From positions 2,393 through 66,392 of the forward strand of contig CAIVPW010000058.1 in the NCBI GenBank assembly GCA_903907895.1: DNA of 64,000 bases, given 5' to 3'. The notes beneath the pieces are model-generated. The model was not told the DNA's origin and ran no database searches. It saw only the letters and a list, made by a program, of their open reading frames with translations. Positions 1 through 10,572 of the stretch are shown here, one piece after another. The stretch comes from an uncultured Alphaproteobacteria bacterium (GTDB lineage: Bacteria > Pseudomonadota > Alphaproteobacteria > UBA2966 > CAIVPW01). Made by a program: the position numbers and the translations under genes. Each line of letters starts with the position of its first letter. Positions within the stretch are counted from its first letter, which is position 1.

Positions 1-876
1 TTCGACCAGCAGAGTCCATGGCGAGGGGGTCGCGAACGGTGTCATGGCTCCGGGGAGATGCCGCACCGCAAGCCCGAGGGCGAACGCCGACATCAGCTCG
101 CAGGCATTCATGCGGTCGCCGCTGGCTTGCCGCAGGCGCGCCATCGTTGTGAGCGCGGCATCGAAGGCCGGCAATGCGATGAGCGCTGTTACGCGCCGAT
201 GCGGCAACGGGAAAAGGCGCAGCACGGCAGCCGTGATGATGCCGAGGGTGCCTTCCGCTCCGATGAACAACTGCTTGAGGTCGTAGCCCGTGTTGTCCTT
301 CACGAGTCCCAGCATGTTGCTGAAGATCCGCCCGTCGGGCAGGACGGCCTCGAGCCCCAGTGTCAGTGCGCGCGCGGTTCCGTAGCGCAGTACCTGCAAG
401 CCCCCGGCATTGGTGGCGAGATTGCCGCCGATCTGACAGCTGCCTTCGGCTCCCAGGCTGAGCGGGAACAGGTATCCGGCAGCCTCTGCAGCACGCTGGA
501 CGGACGCCAGGACGCAACCGGCCTCTACCGTGATCGTCGCGGCGGCAGTATCGATGGAGCGAACGCGAGTCATGCGCGCGAGGTTGATGATCACTTCGTT
601 GCCGAGCACCGACGGTGTGGCACCGCCCACCAAGCCCGTGTTGCCGCCTTGCGGCACGACGGGCGTGCGGGACTCCGCGCAAATGCGGACGATTTCAGCG
701 ACGCGTGCCGTTGAGTCCGGCAGCAAAAGTAGCGGAGACGCACCGCGAAAGCGCTTGCGCTGGTCAACAAGGTGCGGTTCCAGCTGCGCAAGGTCTGTGG
801 TCCAGCCACCCTCGCCGGCGGCTCTCTTGAGCCGCTCGAACACAGTGGGCGGAATGAGGTTTGGATTGTCCGGCAC
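1..876 (-). CDS. FAD-binding oxidoreductase, GlcD / D-lactate dehydrogenase-like (5' portion; gene continues beyond window start)
   Basis: Reverse-strand translation reads VPDNPNLIPPTVFERLKRAAGEGGWTTDLAQLEPHLVDQRKRFRGASPLLLLPDSTARVAEIVRICAESRTPVVPQGGNTGLVGGATP..., the FAD-binding domain pattern of FAD-linked oxidases. A candidate GTG start directly abuts the tsaC stop. Absent from the ORF track because it runs off the window edge. Confidence 0.7.
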   Translation of the reverse strand, partial: MPDNPNLIPPTVFERLKRAAGEGGWTTDLAQLEPHLVDQRKRFRGASPLLLLPDSTARVAEIVRICAESRTPVVPQGGNTGLVGGATPSVLGNEVIINLARMTRVRSIDTAAATITVEAGCVLASVQRAAEAAGYLFPLSLGAEGSCQIGGNLATNAGGLQVLRYGTARALTLGLEAVLPDGRIFSNMLGLVKDNTGYDLKQLFIGAEGTLGIITAAVLRLFPLPHRRVTALIALPAFDAALTTMARLRQASGDRMNACELMSAFALGLAVRHLPGAMTPFATPSPWTLLVE

Positions 877-1827
877 TTACTTCTCAGGCCTTGGCGCTGC
901 GGCCCGGCGGAGGCGATCGTTGATTGCGATTCCCATACCGCGTTCGGGAATCGGTGCCACTGCAATGCTGGTTGCGCCGGTTTCGTCCAGCGTGCGCAGC
1001 GAGGCGTAGAGGCTTGCGGCCGCCTCATTCAAGTCGCCGCGAGGACTGAGGTCGATCGTCATCCGCGCCGCACCCATGGGAAGGGCGCCAAATGTCAGGG
1101 CAGCTTCGTTGGCCCTGGCTTCGCGGACGTTGAGCCGCACCAGCGCCCGCGGCGCATAGTGGCTGGGCATTTGCCCCGGGGATTGCAGGGTTTGCACGGT
1201 GGTTTCTGCTAGCACAGGCACATCGAGCGCTCGCGCAATTTCGTCCACGGGAATTCCGCCCGGGCGCAGGATGCGCGGCGTCGGTCCGTCCATTGCGACA
1301 ACGGTGGATTCGATCCCGACCCGGCACGGACCGCCGTCGAGGACGAGTTGCACTGCATCACCCAGTCCTTCCCGCACGTGCTGCGCCGTCGTGGGGCTGA
1401 GCTTGCCGGAGCGATTCGCGCTGGGCGCGGCAAGCGGCAGTGCGGTCGCGCGCAGCAGCTGCAGTGCGATGGGGTGATCGGGCACGCGGATTGCGATGGT
1501 ATTGAGGCCGGCGGTCGCCAACGGCGAAATGCGCCCGCCCCGTTGACGCAGCACCAAGGTGAGGGATCCCGGCCAGAACGTGCGCGCCAGGGTTCGCGCC
1601 CGGCTGTCGAACTCGGCAAACGGTTCCGCCGCCGAGAGATCCGGAACGTGGACGATCAGGGGATTCGCGGCTGGCCGCCCCTTGGCCCGGTACAGCGCCG
1701 CGACTGCGGCATCGCTGGTTGCGTCGGCGCCGAGGCCGTACACGGTTTCGGTAGGGAACGCTACCAGGCGGCCGGCGCGCAAGAGGTGGGCGGCTTCCTG
1801 AATTGCGGCAGCGTCAGGCTCGCTCAC
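877..1827 (-). CDS. tsaC: L-threonylcarbamoyladenylate synthase (Sua5/YrdC family, long form)
   Basis: 316-aa ORF with the YrdC core (AFPTETVYGLGADA, KGRPAANPLIVH, PSANRSGK) plus a C-terminal Sua5 domain. Confidence 0.85.
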   Translation of the reverse strand: MSEPDAAAIQEAAHLLRAGRLVAFPTETVYGLGADATSDAAVAALYRAKGRPAANPLIVHVPDLSAAEPFAEFDSRARTLARTFWPGSLTLVLRQRGGRISPLATAGLNTIAIRVPDHPIALQLLRATALPLAAPSANRSGKLSPTTAQHVREGLGDAVQLVLDGGPCRVGIESTVVAMDGPTPRILRPGGIPVDEIARALDVPVLAETTVQTLQSPGQMPSHYAPRALVRLNVREARANEAALTFGALPMGAARMTIDLSPRGDLNEAAASLYASLRTLDETGATSIAVAPIPERGMGIAINDRLRRAAAPRPEK

Positions 1828-2597
1828 GCCGCGACCTCGACATCTGCCACGATGGCGCCGGCGGAGCTAACGCAGCGGATGGCCGTCATGTGGCCATCTC
1901 TCTCGCGTGCCAGGATATCCACGCCGTCGTCCCAGAACAGAGGGGCGGGGAACCGCGCATGCACGCGCGTGGAAGCGGGGAGTGCACTGCCGCCGAGGGC
2001 CTCCAACGCCCAGGTCAAACCCATCAGCGGATTGGCGACCGGAGCACGCAGACCGTAGCGGACCGCAAACGCGGGATCGAAGTGGAGGCGGCTACCGGTT
2101 TCTTCGCTGTACGCCTGAACCTTGCTCGAGTTCAGAAGCTTGCGTCCGAGTAACCTCAGTCCGGCGCGGGGATCGCCCTTGGCTGCACCCCCGTCGCGCA
2201 GCCAACTGGGATCGTTTGCGAGCGTCGTGGTGCGGGCGATCGCCACGGCGGTGCCATCGGTGCGAAAGAATTCGAAGACGGCGACGGCGCGCTCGCCGTC
2301 TTTTGTCGGTTCGACCTTCTCGATCTTGGCGCGCACGCCAAGCTTTTCGTCCAACTTCACCTCTGCCTTGAGCTCGAGCTGTTGCTCCAGGTGCACCAGG
2401 CGGTCCGGTGTGCGGGCCTTGCTGCGGCGCAGGGCGAGCAGGCAATCGATGCAGAGTAGGGATGGATCGGCGAAGGTCGGATAGCGCTCGGCATCCACGT
2501 CGCACGCGGCGAGCATGCGCCGCTGCCGCACCCGCGTGATGGTCACTTCGCCGACCGGCAGCATGGTGCCGGCGACCGTCTTTACGTCATCCACCAT
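1824..2597 (-). CDS. MaoC-like (hotdog fold) dehydratase
   Basis: Translation from MVDDVKTVAGTMLPVGEVTITRV... has a two-hotdog dehydratase architecture. The 4-bp overlap with the tsaC start suggests translational coupling. Start chosen at the first internal ATG after the implausible N-terminal extension of the ORF-track entry. Confidence 0.65.
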   Translation of the reverse strand: MVDDVKTVAGTMLPVGEVTITRVRQRRMLAACDVDAERYPTFADPSLLCIDCLLALRRSKARTPDRLVHLEQQLELKAEVKLDEKLGVRAKIEKVEPTKDGERAVAVFEFFRTDGTAVAIARTTTLANDPSWLRDGGAAKGDPRAGLRLLGRKLLNSSKVQAYSEETGSRLHFDPAFAVRYGLRAPVANPLMGLTWALEALGGSALPASTRVHARFPAPLFWDDGVDILARERDGHMTAIRCVSSAGAIVADVEVAA

Positions 2598-2713
2598 CGG
2601 GGCGCCTTCCGCTCTCGCAGTATCCGACCGTTCCACGCCCCTGCAAGCGGCAAACGGCAGCGGCCGCGCCTTAGGTTGGCCGAACCCCGGGGCCGGGCTA
2701 CCATGCCGCACTG

Positions 2714-4417
2714 GTGGGGGGCGAGATGCAAGATCGACCTTGGTTGCGCAACTATCCCAAGTCGATCGATTGGGGGGCGCCCATTCCCCGTGCGCCCCTG
2801 CAGAACCTGCTGCTGGATTCCGCGGTCAAGTACCCGGACCGCCCCTGCCTCGATTTCATGGGCCGACGCTACACCTATGCGGAAGTCCGGGACCTGGCGC
2901 AGCGTGCCGCGGCTGGCTTTCAGCGCCTCGGAGTCAAGAGGGGCACGCGGGTCGGGCTCCTCCTGCCCAACTGTCCATACTCGATCATCGCCTATTTCGG
3001 TGTGCTGTTGGCCGGTGGCATCGTCGTCAACTACAGCCCGCTCTACGCGGCGCCGCAGTTGCGCGACCAGGTCGAGAACTCCGGCACCGAGTTCATGGTG
3101 ACGCTCGACGTCGAGCTTCTGTACCCAAAGGTCGCGCCCATGGTGGGCACCACCTGCCTGCGGCAACTGATCGTCGGCAGCCTCGCGGACGTCCTGCCCT
3201 TCCCGAAGAACGTTCTTTATCCGATCGCGAAGCGTAAAGACCTGTACCGCGGCGCACGCAAGGCAAATGACGTGGCCTTTCGGGACCTGCTGCAGAACGA
3301 CGGCAAGTTCACTCCGGTCCAGGTGGACCCTGAGCGCGACGTCGCGGTGCTGCAGTACACCGGTGGCACGACCGGGGTGCCCAAGGGCGCGATGCTCACG
3401 CACGCCAATCTCTACGCCAACGCCCACCAGGCGCTTCTTTGGCTCGAAGGAGCGGAATGGGGGCGCGAGAAGATGCTCGGCGCGTTGCCGTTCTTCCACG
3501 TCTTTGCCATGACGGTGGCGATGAACCTCGCCATCTACATCGGCGGCGAGATCATCCTGCATCCCCGCTTCGTGCTCGACGACGTGCTGCGGGACATCCA
3601 CCGCAAGCGCCCGACATTGGTGCCCGGCGTGCCCACCATGTTCGCCGCCATCAACCAGTCCCCCAAAGTCAAACGCCTGGACCTGCGCTCCATCAAATTC
3701 TGCATCTCCGGCGGCGCGCCCCTGCCCGTACAGGTGAAACAGAAGTTCGAGGACCTGACCGGCTGCAAACTGGTCGAGGGCTACGGCCTGACGGAGGCAT
3801 CGCCCGTCGCCGCGTGCAATCCGCTCTATGGCGTCAACAAGGCCGGCTCGATCGGGCAGCCGTTGCCGGGCACGTCGATCGTGATCACCGACCGCGATGA
3901 TCCGAAGCGGATCGTCGATCCGGGGCAACGTGGCGAGATTTGCATTGCCGGGCCGCAGGTGATGGCGGGCTACTGGAACCGGCCGGAGGACACCGCGAAG
4001 GTCATTGTCGACGGCCGCCTGCGCACCGGCGACATCGGCGCCATGGACGAAGACGGCTACGTGTTCCTGATCGACCGCATCAAGGACTTGATCCTGGTCG
4101 GCGGCTTCAACGTCTACCCGCGCAACGTCGAGGAGGCGATCTACCAGCACTCGGCGGTGGCCGAGGTAACGGTGTGCGGAGTGCCCGACCAGCGTCTGGG
4201 CCAGGCGGTGAAGGCGTTCGTCCGTGTCCGGGAAGGTTCGATGCTGACCGAACCGGAACTGCTGGACTTCCTGCGCTCGCGCATCGGCAAGCACGAATTG
4301 CCGCGCCAGATTGAATTCCGCGCGCAGTTGCCGAAGACCTTGGTCGGCAAGCTGTCGAAGAAAGAACTCGTGGAGGAAGAGACGGCCAAGTTCCAGGCAG
4401 CGCGCGCGGCCGGATAA
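2714..4417 (+). CDS. fadD: long-chain-fatty-acid--CoA ligase
   Basis: 567-aa ORF with AMP-binding signatures (YTGGTTGVPKGAMLTH, GYGLTE, GDIG, ..VGKLSKKEL at the C-terminus). Confidence 0.9.
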   Translation: MGGEMQDRPWLRNYPKSIDWGAPIPRAPLQNLLLDSAVKYPDRPCLDFMGRRYTYAEVRDLAQRAAAGFQRLGVKRGTRVGLLLPNCPYSIIAYFGVLLAGGIVVNYSPLYAAPQLRDQVENSGTEFMVTLDVELLYPKVAPMVGTTCLRQLIVGSLADVLPFPKNVLYPIAKRKDLYRGARKANDVAFRDLLQNDGKFTPVQVDPERDVAVLQYTGGTTGVPKGAMLTHANLYANAHQALLWLEGAEWGREKMLGALPFFHVFAMTVAMNLAIYIGGEIILHPRFVLDDVLRDIHRKRPTLVPGVPTMFAAINQSPKVKRLDLRSIKFCISGGAPLPVQVKQKFEDLTGCKLVEGYGLTEASPVAACNPLYGVNKAGSIGQPLPGTSIVITDRDDPKRIVDPGQRGEICIAGPQVMAGYWNRPEDTAKVIVDGRLRTGDIGAMDEDGYVFLIDRIKDLILVGGFNVYPRNVEEAIYQHSAVAEVTVCGVPDQRLGQAVKAFVRVREGSMLTEPELLDFLRSRIGKHELPRQIEFRAQLPKTLVGKLSKKELVEEETAKFQAARAAG

Positions 4418-4419
4418 CG

Positions 4420-5349
4420 TTGGTCACTGCGGTCTTCACGCATCCGGCCTGCATCCTGCACCGGATGGGCGCGGGCCATCCCGAAAGTCCACAACGCCTG
4501 GAAGCCGTGCTGCAGGCGCTGCGCGCGCCGGAGTTCGCGGCGCTCGAGTGGCGCGACGCGCCGCGGGCCACGGAGGAGCAAATCGCGCGGGTTCACGACG
4601 CGCGTTATGTGCGCGCGCTACTCGCCGCAGTGCCGTCGGACGGGCTGGTGCAAGTCGATCCCGACACGGCGATAGGCCCCGATAGTGGCGAGGCGATGTT
4701 GCGCGCCGCCGGCGCGCTCGTGACGGCGGTCGATGCCGTTGCCGGCGGCGAAGTGCGGAACGCCTTCTGCGCGGTGCGGCCCCCGGGCCACCATGCGGAG
4801 CCGGCGCAGCCCATGGGCTTCTGCTTCTTCAACAATGTTGCCGTCGGTGCGCTGCACGCGCGGGCGCGGCACGGGCTCCGCAAAGTCGCGGTGGTGGATT
4901 TCGACGTCCACCACGGCAACGGCACCCAGCACATGTTCGAGCACGACCCCGACCTGTTCTATGCAAGCAGCCACCAGAGCCCCGCGTACCCGGGAACCGG
5001 GCGAGCGGACGAACGGGGGGTCGCTGGGAACGTCATAAACGTTCCCCTCCCACCCGGCGCTGACGGGCGCCTGTTCCGCGCCGCGTACCAGTCCACGATC
5101 CTGCCCAAGCTCGAAGCCTTCGCGCCGGACATCCTCCTGATCTCGGCCGGGTTCGACGCCCATCAGGCAGACCCGTTGGCCGCGCTGGCCCTCAACGAGG
5201 CCGACTACGCCTGGGTGACTACTGCGCTGTGCCAAGTGGCGGCGCGGCACAGCCAAAACCGTGTTGTTTCGGCACTGGAGGGCGGTTACGACCTCGATGC
5301 GCTGGCCTCGTCAGCCAAGGCCCACGTCCAGGCGCTGATGGGGGCCTGA
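4420..5349 (+). CDS. histone deacetylase family protein (AcuC / acetylpolyamine amidohydrolase-like)
   Basis: 309-aa ORF with HDAC motifs (RPPGHHAE, FDVHHGNGTQ, SAGFDAH, EGGY). Starts 3 bp after fadD. Confidence 0.85.
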   Translation: MVTAVFTHPACILHRMGAGHPESPQRLEAVLQALRAPEFAALEWRDAPRATEEQIARVHDARYVRALLAAVPSDGLVQVDPDTAIGPDSGEAMLRAAGALVTAVDAVAGGEVRNAFCAVRPPGHHAEPAQPMGFCFFNNVAVGALHARARHGLRKVAVVDFDVHHGNGTQHMFEHDPDLFYASSHQSPAYPGTGRADERGVAGNVINVPLPPGADGRLFRAAYQSTILPKLEAFAPDILLISAGFDAHQADPLAALALNEADYAWVTTALCQVAARHSQNRVVSALEGGYDLDALASSAKAHVQALMGA

Positions 5350-5424
5350 GGGGCGGCCGCCTTGATGCCGGGGAGGGGGGCCCATACACTCCGACGGATA
5401 ACCCCACAGGTTTGGGAGCGCCCG

Positions 5425-5685
5425 ATGGCCCGCGAGGAAGTCCAAGAGATTCCCGCCGATATCCGCGCCATGACGTTCGAGAAGGCGCTCGAGAACCTTG
5501 AGGAGATTGTGCGCCGCCTGGAGGGGGGCGAGGTCAGCCTGGAGGAGTCGATCACCACCTACGCCCGCGGCACCCAGCTTAAGCGCCACTGTGAAGCCAA
5601 GTTGGAGGCGGCGCGTGAACAGGTTGAGCGCATCGAACTGCGTCCCGGCGGCACCGTTACCGCCACGCCCATCCAACCCGATTGA
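5425..5685 (+). CDS. xseB: exodeoxyribonuclease VII small subunit
   Basis: MAREEVQEIPADIRAMTFEKALENLEEIVRRLEGGEVSLEESITTYARGTQLKRHCEAKLEAAREQVERIEL is typical XseB. Start taken at the ATG matching family length; the ORF-track N-terminal extension is ignored. Confidence 0.85.
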   Translation: MAREEVQEIPADIRAMTFEKALENLEEIVRRLEGGEVSLEESITTYARGTQLKRHCEAKLEAAREQVERIELRPGGTVTATPIQPD

Positions 5686-6608
5686 AGCAGGCCGCTTTGA
5701 CAGCCCACTTTGGGACCGCGCCCGGCAGCCTTGCCGATGCCATGGCAGCGGCAGGGACCGAGATCGACGCCGTGCTCGACCAGCTGCTGCCGCGGCCCGC
5801 CGGCCCCGAGGCTCGTCTGGCGGAGGCGATGCGGTACGCCGTGCTGGCGCCCGGCAAGCGCTTCCGGCCGATCCTGGCGGTCGCCTCGGCGGATTTGTTC
5901 GGTGCGCGCCGCGAGGCGGCTCTGCGGGTGGCGGCGGCGGTGGAATTTGCGCACACGTATTCTCTGGTTCACGACGACCTGCCCTGTATGGACGACGACG
6001 ACGTGCGCCGTGGGCAGCCCTCTACTCACATCCGCTTCGACGAGGCGACGGCCGTGCTGGCCGGCGATGCCCTGATGCCCCTCGCATTCGAGGTCCTGGC
6101 GCGCCCGGAGACCCATGCCGAGCCAGCCGTGCGTACTGCGCTGATGCTGGCGCTCGCCGAGGCGGTGGGGCCGCGCGGCATGGTCGGTGGACAGACCATC
6201 GACCTTGCCGTCGAGCACCAGCCGGCCGACATCGGCACCATTACGCGCATGCAACAGCTGAAGACGGGCGCGCTGATCGCGTTTGCGTGCGAGTCTGGCG
6301 CGATCCTCGGTCAGGCGCCGGACTCCCAGCGCCAAGCCTTGCGGGCCTATGCCCACGACCTAGGTCTTGCCTTTCAGATCATCGACGATCTGTTGGACGT
6401 CGAGGGAACGCAGGAAGCAACCGGCAAGAAGGTCGGCAAGGACGCCGGCCTCGGCAAAGCCACATTCGTGTCTCTCCTTGGGGTGGAGCGGGCACGCAAT
6501 CAGGCACAGATGTTGGCCGACCAGGCCGTCAGTCACTTGGAGCAATTCGGGGAGCGAGCCACGTTCCTGAGCCGCCTGGCGCGATTCGTGGTACAGCGCA
6601 GCCACTAA
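5682..6608 (+). CDS. ispA: farnesyl diphosphate synthase / geranyltranstransferase
   Basis: Both polyprenyl synthase aspartate-rich motifs are present (LVHDDLPCMDDDDVRRG and FQIIDDLLD). Classic xseB-ispA-dxs order. Start may instead be the ATG at 5742. Confidence 0.9.
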   Translation: MKQAALTAHFGTAPGSLADAMAAAGTEIDAVLDQLLPRPAGPEARLAEAMRYAVLAPGKRFRPILAVASADLFGARREAALRVAAAVEFAHTYSLVHDDLPCMDDDDVRRGQPSTHIRFDEATAVLAGDALMPLAFEVLARPETHAEPAVRTALMLALAEAVGPRGMVGGQTIDLAVEHQPADIGTITRMQQLKTGALIAFACESGAILGQAPDSQRQALRAYAHDLGLAFQIIDDLLDVEGTQEATGKKVGKDAGLGKATFVSLLGVERARNQAQMLADQAVSHLEQFGERATFLSRLARFVVQRSH

Positions 6609-6623
6609 GAGCAAGAAGGCGAC

Positions 6624-8558
6624 ATGCCCTACTCTCGTTCCACTGAACTGCTCGACACAGTCCGCACGCCGCATGACCTGCGTGCGCTGCCGGCCAGCAA
6701 GCTCCAGGATCTTGCTGACGAAGTCCGCGGCGAGATCGTCCGCGCCGTGTCCCGCACCGGTGGGCATCTGGGTGCGGGTCTCGGTGTCGTCGAGTTGACG
6801 GTCGCGCTGCACTACGTGTTCGACACGCCGCGCGATCGGTTGATCTGGGACGTTGGTCACCAAGCCCACGCCCACAAGATCCTGACCGGCCGTCGCGAAG
6901 GCCTGGCCACCATGCGCCAGGGTGGCGGACTCTCCGGCTTCACCAACCGCAGCGAGAGCGAGTACGACCCGTTCGGCGCCGCGCACAGCTCCACCTCGAT
7001 CTCGGCCGGCCTCGGCATGGCGGTGGCACGCGACCTTACCGGCGGCGACCACAACGTCGTATGCGTGATCGGCGATGGCGCAATGACGGCCGGCATGGCC
7101 TACGAGGCGATGAACAACGCAGGCGCCATGTCCAGCCGCCTGATTGTCATCCTGAACGACAACGACATGTCGATCTCGCGCAATGTGGGCAGCATGCGCG
7201 CGTACCTGTCGCGCTTGATCTCATCACGCCAATACCGCGGCTTCCGCGAGGTGGCGAAGCGCGTCGCCCACCGCTTGCCGCGCCCTGTCGCCAGCGCCGC
7301 GCGCCGCGCCGAAGAGTACGCACGCGGTCTCGCCACGGGCGGAACACTGTTTGAAGAACTCGGCTTCTACTATGTCGGCCCGCTCGATGGGCACGACATC
7401 AGCCGCATGCTCCCCGTTCTGCAAAACGTTCGCGACTTCGAGGGCGACGGGCCGGTGCTCATTCATGTGCGCACCCAGAAGGGGCGTGGGTATGGGCCGG
7501 CGGAGGAATCCGAAGACAAGTTCCACGGCGTCGGCAAGTTCGACATCGTCACCGGCGCGCCCGCACCCAGCAAGGCAACCGCACCAACCTACACGCAGGT
7601 ATTTGCCGACCAGTTGATCGCGCAGGCCGAGCGCGACCCGCGCATCGTGGCAATTACCGCGGCCATGCCGTCAGGAACGGGGCTGCACAAGTTCGCCGAG
7701 CGCTTCCCCAGCCGCTGCTTCGATGTCGGAATCGCCGAGCAGCATGCAGTGACGTTCGCCGCGGGGCTGGCGGCGGAAGGCTACAAGCCGTTCACGGCGA
7801 TCTACTCGACGTTCCTGCAACGCGCCTACGACCAAGTAGTGCACGACGTGGCACTGCAGAAGCTGCCGGTGCGCTTCGCTATCGATCGTGCCGGCCTGGT
7901 CGGCGCCGACGGGCCGACCCATGCGGGTGCGTACGATGTCGGCATGCTGGCGACGTTGCCGGACTTCGTCGTGATGGCGCCGTCCGACGAGGTCGAACTG
8001 GCGCACATGATGGCAACGGCCGTTGCCATCGATGACCGGCCGAGCGCCTTTCGCTATCCGCGCGGAGAGGCGACCGGCGCCGCAATTCCGGAGAATCCGG
8101 AACCCTTCGAGATCGGACGCGGCCGCATCGTGCGGGAGGGCACTGCCGTTGCGATCCTCTCGCTCGGCACGCGCCTAGCTGACAGCCTTAAGGCCGCCGG
8201 CGATCTCGCTGCGCTGGGACTTTCCGCAACCGTGGCCGATGCCCGCTTCGCCAAGCCGCTCGACACTGCGCTTATCGCACGCCTCGCGCGGGAGCACGGC
8301 GCGCTGGTGGTGGTCGAGGAATCGTCGATCGGCGGGTTTACCGCCCATGTGCTAGACCACTTGGCGCGCATGGGCATGCTCGACAACGGCCTCAAGGTGC
8401 GCGCCCTTCATCTGCCCGACCGCTTCATTGCGCATGAGGCACCGGCGGCACAGCTTGCAGAGGCGGGCATCCATGCCGCCGCCATCGTGGCTGCGGCGCT
8501 GGAGGCCCTCGGTGTGGCGAATCGGGTGGAAGGCCTGCGCAGCAACGTCCGGGCGTAA
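6624..8558 (+). CDS. dxs: 1-deoxy-D-xylulose-5-phosphate synthase
   Basis: 644-aa ORF with the TPP-binding [18 protein letters not shown] motif and a transketolase-like C-terminus. Conserved context after ispA. Confidence 0.95.
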   Translation: MPYSRSTELLDTVRTPHDLRALPASKLQDLADEVRGEIVRAVSRTGGHLGAGLGVVELTVALHYVFDTPRDRLIWDVGHQAHAHKILTGRREGLATMRQGGGLSGFTNRSESEYDPFGAAHSSTSISAGLGMAVARDLTGGDHNVVCVIGDGAMTAGMAYEAMNNAGAMSSRLIVILNDNDMSISRNVGSMRAYLSRLISSRQYRGFREVAKRVAHRLPRPVASAARRAEEYARGLATGGTLFEELGFYYVGPLDGHDISRMLPVLQNVRDFEGDGPVLIHVRTQKGRGYGPAEESEDKFHGVGKFDIVTGAPAPSKATAPTYTQVFADQLIAQAERDPRIVAITAAMPSGTGLHKFAERFPSRCFDVGIAEQHAVTFAAGLAAEGYKPFTAIYSTFLQRAYDQVVHDVALQKLPVRFAIDRAGLVGADGPTHAGAYDVGMLATLPDFVVMAPSDEVELAHMMATAVAIDDRPSAFRYPRGEATGAAIPENPEPFEIGRGRIVREGTAVAILSLGTRLADSLKAAGDLAALGLSATVADARFAKPLDTALIARLAREHGALVVVEESSIGGFTAHVLDHLARMGMLDNGLKVRALHLPDRFIAHEAPAAQLAEAGIHAAAIVAAALEALGVANRVEGLRSNVRA

Positions 8559-8564
8559 GGCCCG

Positions 8565-9305
8565 GTGAAACAGAAGTCGCGCCTGGACCAGTTGCTGGTC
8601 GATCGGGGCCTCGCCCATAGCCGCGCCAAGGCGCATGCGCTCGTGCTGGCAGGCCAAGTGTTCACCGGCGAGCAGCGTCTCGACAAGCCGGGCCGCATGG
8701 TCGACCTCGATCTGACGGTCGATGTGCGCGGCGCGCCGCACCCGTGGGTGAGCCGCGGTGGCGTGAAGCTCGCTCACGGCCTTCAGCACTTCGGCATATC
8801 GCCTGCGGGTCTTGTGTGTCTCGACGTGGGCGCGAGCACCGGCGGATTCACCGACGTGCTGGTGCAAGGTGGCGCAGTGCGAGTCTATGCGGTCGATGTC
8901 GGCAAGGGCCAACTCGACTGGAAGCTGCGCACCGATCCGCGTGTGGTCGTGCGCGAAGGCGTCAACGCGCGTGCGCTATCTGCCGTCGAGGTACCGGAGC
9001 CGGTGGACCTGATCGTGTGCGATGCAAGCTTCATCGGCCTGGAAGTGGTATTGCCTGCTGCACTGACGCTGGCGAAGCCATCCGCGCGGCTGGTCGCGCT
9101 CATGAAGCCGCAGTTCGAGGTCGGCAAGGGCCGGGTCGGAAAGGGCGGGGTAGTGCGCGACGAGGCGTTGCACGACGAAGTGACGGTACGCGTGCAGGAC
9201 TGGCTGTCGTCCCAAGGCTGGACTGTCGCAGGCGTCGAGCCGAGCCCGCTTCTCGGGCCAAAAGGAAACCGTGAATTCCTCATCGCCGCGCACAAGCGCG
9301 CCTGA
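8565..9305 (+). CDS. tlyA: TlyA family rRNA (cytidine-2'-O)-methyltransferase
   Basis: N-terminal S4-like domain (RLDQLLVDRGLAHSRAKAHALVLAGQV) followed by an FtsJ-like methyltransferase (LDVGASTGGFTDVL). Apparent GTG start. Confidence 0.85.
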   Translation: MKQKSRLDQLLVDRGLAHSRAKAHALVLAGQVFTGEQRLDKPGRMVDLDLTVDVRGAPHPWVSRGGVKLAHGLQHFGISPAGLVCLDVGASTGGFTDVLVQGGAVRVYAVDVGKGQLDWKLRTDPRVVVREGVNARALSAVEVPEPVDLIVCDASFIGLEVVLPAALTLAKPSARLVALMKPQFEVGKGRVGKGGVVRDEALHDEVTVRVQDWLSSQGWTVAGVEPSPLLGPKGNREFLIAAHKRA

Positions 9306-10572
9306 CGAAATCGAACTAGTCATCGACGCGGTGGGCGGGCACGGCGATGGCGTCGCCACAACCGACCAGGGCAAGGTGTTTGTCCCCTTCACGGTTCCCG
9401 GCGACCGCGTTCGCGCGCGCCTCGGCATGAAAGGGAAGGAGGGAACGCCTGCGGTCCTCCTTGAGGTCATGGCGGCTGGAGCGCATCGCATTGCGCCGCC
9501 CTGTGCGCACTTCGGTGCCTGCGGCGGGTGCGATCTGCAGCAATGGCATGCCGCAGAGGCACTGGACTGGAAGCGGGCCCAGGTCGTCGCCACCCTGAGG
9601 CAGCGGGGGCTGGACGCGCCCGTCGAGCCGGTCGTGGCAACGTTACCCGGCGAACGCCGTCGCGCACGGCTCTCCGTTCGGCGCGATGCAGAGGTTGTCG
9701 AGGTCGGGTTTCGTGCGCGTGGCAGTCACGCGATCATCGATGTCGCTAGCTGTGCGTTGCTCGATCCGGCGCTCGGAGCGCTGCTGGCTCCATTGCGGAA
9801 GCTGACATCCGATGTGTTGCAGCGCCGCGAAGAGGTTGCCGTTGAGCTGACTCTGACTGATTCGGGCATCGATCTGTTGTTCGAGCGTAGCCACGAGCCT
9901 ACGCCCGCTCAACGCTCGGCATGGGCGAAGTTCGCAACGACGAACCGGGTGGCGCGCATATCGTGGCGCGCGGACAGCGAGGGGGAGCCCGAACTGCTCG
10001 CGAAGCTGCAGCAGCCGGCGATGACCTTTGGTGGAATATCCGTCGAACTGCCGCCCGGCACGTTCTTGCAGGCGAGTGCGACGGCGGAAGCGGCGTTGGT
10101 CGCGGAGGTTGTGGCTGCGGCCGGGAAGGCAAGGCGAGTCCTCGACCTCTATTCCGGCTGCGGTACCTTCGCGCTGCCGCTTTTGCAGCGTGCATCCGTT
10201 CACGCGCTCGAGGGCAGTGCCGCGGCCGTGGCCGCCCTGAAGAAGGCCGCAGGCGCACGTCTGACGGTGGAGCAGCGCGACCTGGAGCGCCGGCCTTTGC
10301 AGAAGGATGAGCTGAAGAAGGTCGACTTTGTGGTGTTGGACCCGCCGCGCGCTGGCGCGCGGGCGCAGTCCGAGGCACTGGCCGCGTCAGCGGTTCCGGT
10401 GATTGCCTACGTGTCGTGCAATCCGGCGACCTTTGCGCGGGATGCACGGACGTTGGTGGACGGCGGGTATGCGCTTTCGCGGGTCGTGCCGGTCGACCAG
10501 TTCCTGTGGTCCGCCCACGTGGAACTCGTGGGCATCTTCCAGAAGTCGCCTAACGGTCGGCGCGGAAGGTAA
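9271..10572 (+). CDS. rlmD: 23S rRNA (uracil-5-)-methyltransferase RumA/RlmD family
   Basis: TRAM-like N-terminus (GDGVATTDQGKVFVPFTVPGDRVRARL), a Cys cluster (CAHFGACGGCDLQ) and a SAM-dependent methyltransferase C-terminus (LDLYSGCGTFALPL, VLDPPRAG). The N-terminal boundary is uncertain and overlaps the tlyA 3' end. Confidence 0.8.
   Translation: MNSSSPRTSAPDEIELVIDAVGGHGDGVATTDQGKVFVPFTVPGDRVRARLGMKGKEGTPAVLLEVMAAGAHRIAPPCAHFGACGGCDLQQWHAAEALDWKRAQVVATLRQRGLDAPVEPVVATLPGERRRARLSVRRDAEVVEVGFRARGSHAIIDVASCALLDPALGALLAPLRKLTSDVLQRREEVAVELTLTDSGIDLLFERSHEPTPAQRSAWAKFATTNRVARISWRADSEGEPELLAKLQQPAMTFGGISVELPPGTFLQASATAEAALVAEVVAAAGKARRVLDLYSGCGTFALPLLQRASVHALEGSAAAVAALKKAAGARLTVEQRDLERRPLQKDELKKVDFVVLDPPRAGARAQSEALAASAVPVIAYVSCNPATFARDARTLVDGGYALSRVVPVDQFLWSAHVELVGIFQKSPNGRRGR

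Noticed and set aside
2582-4294. Long antisense ORFs in the six-frame track, for example 2582..4294(-) inside fadD. Others lie inside or opposite well-supported genes: 8976..9593(-), 40965..42968(-), 49242..50900(-), 53821..55170(-), 57268..59019(-), and 35218..36672(-) opposite ppdK.
   Set aside because: High G+C content makes stop codons rare in all frames. These ORFs translate to low-complexity Arg/Ala/Pro-rich sequences with no family resemblance, and each overlaps a gene with clear homology on the other strand.
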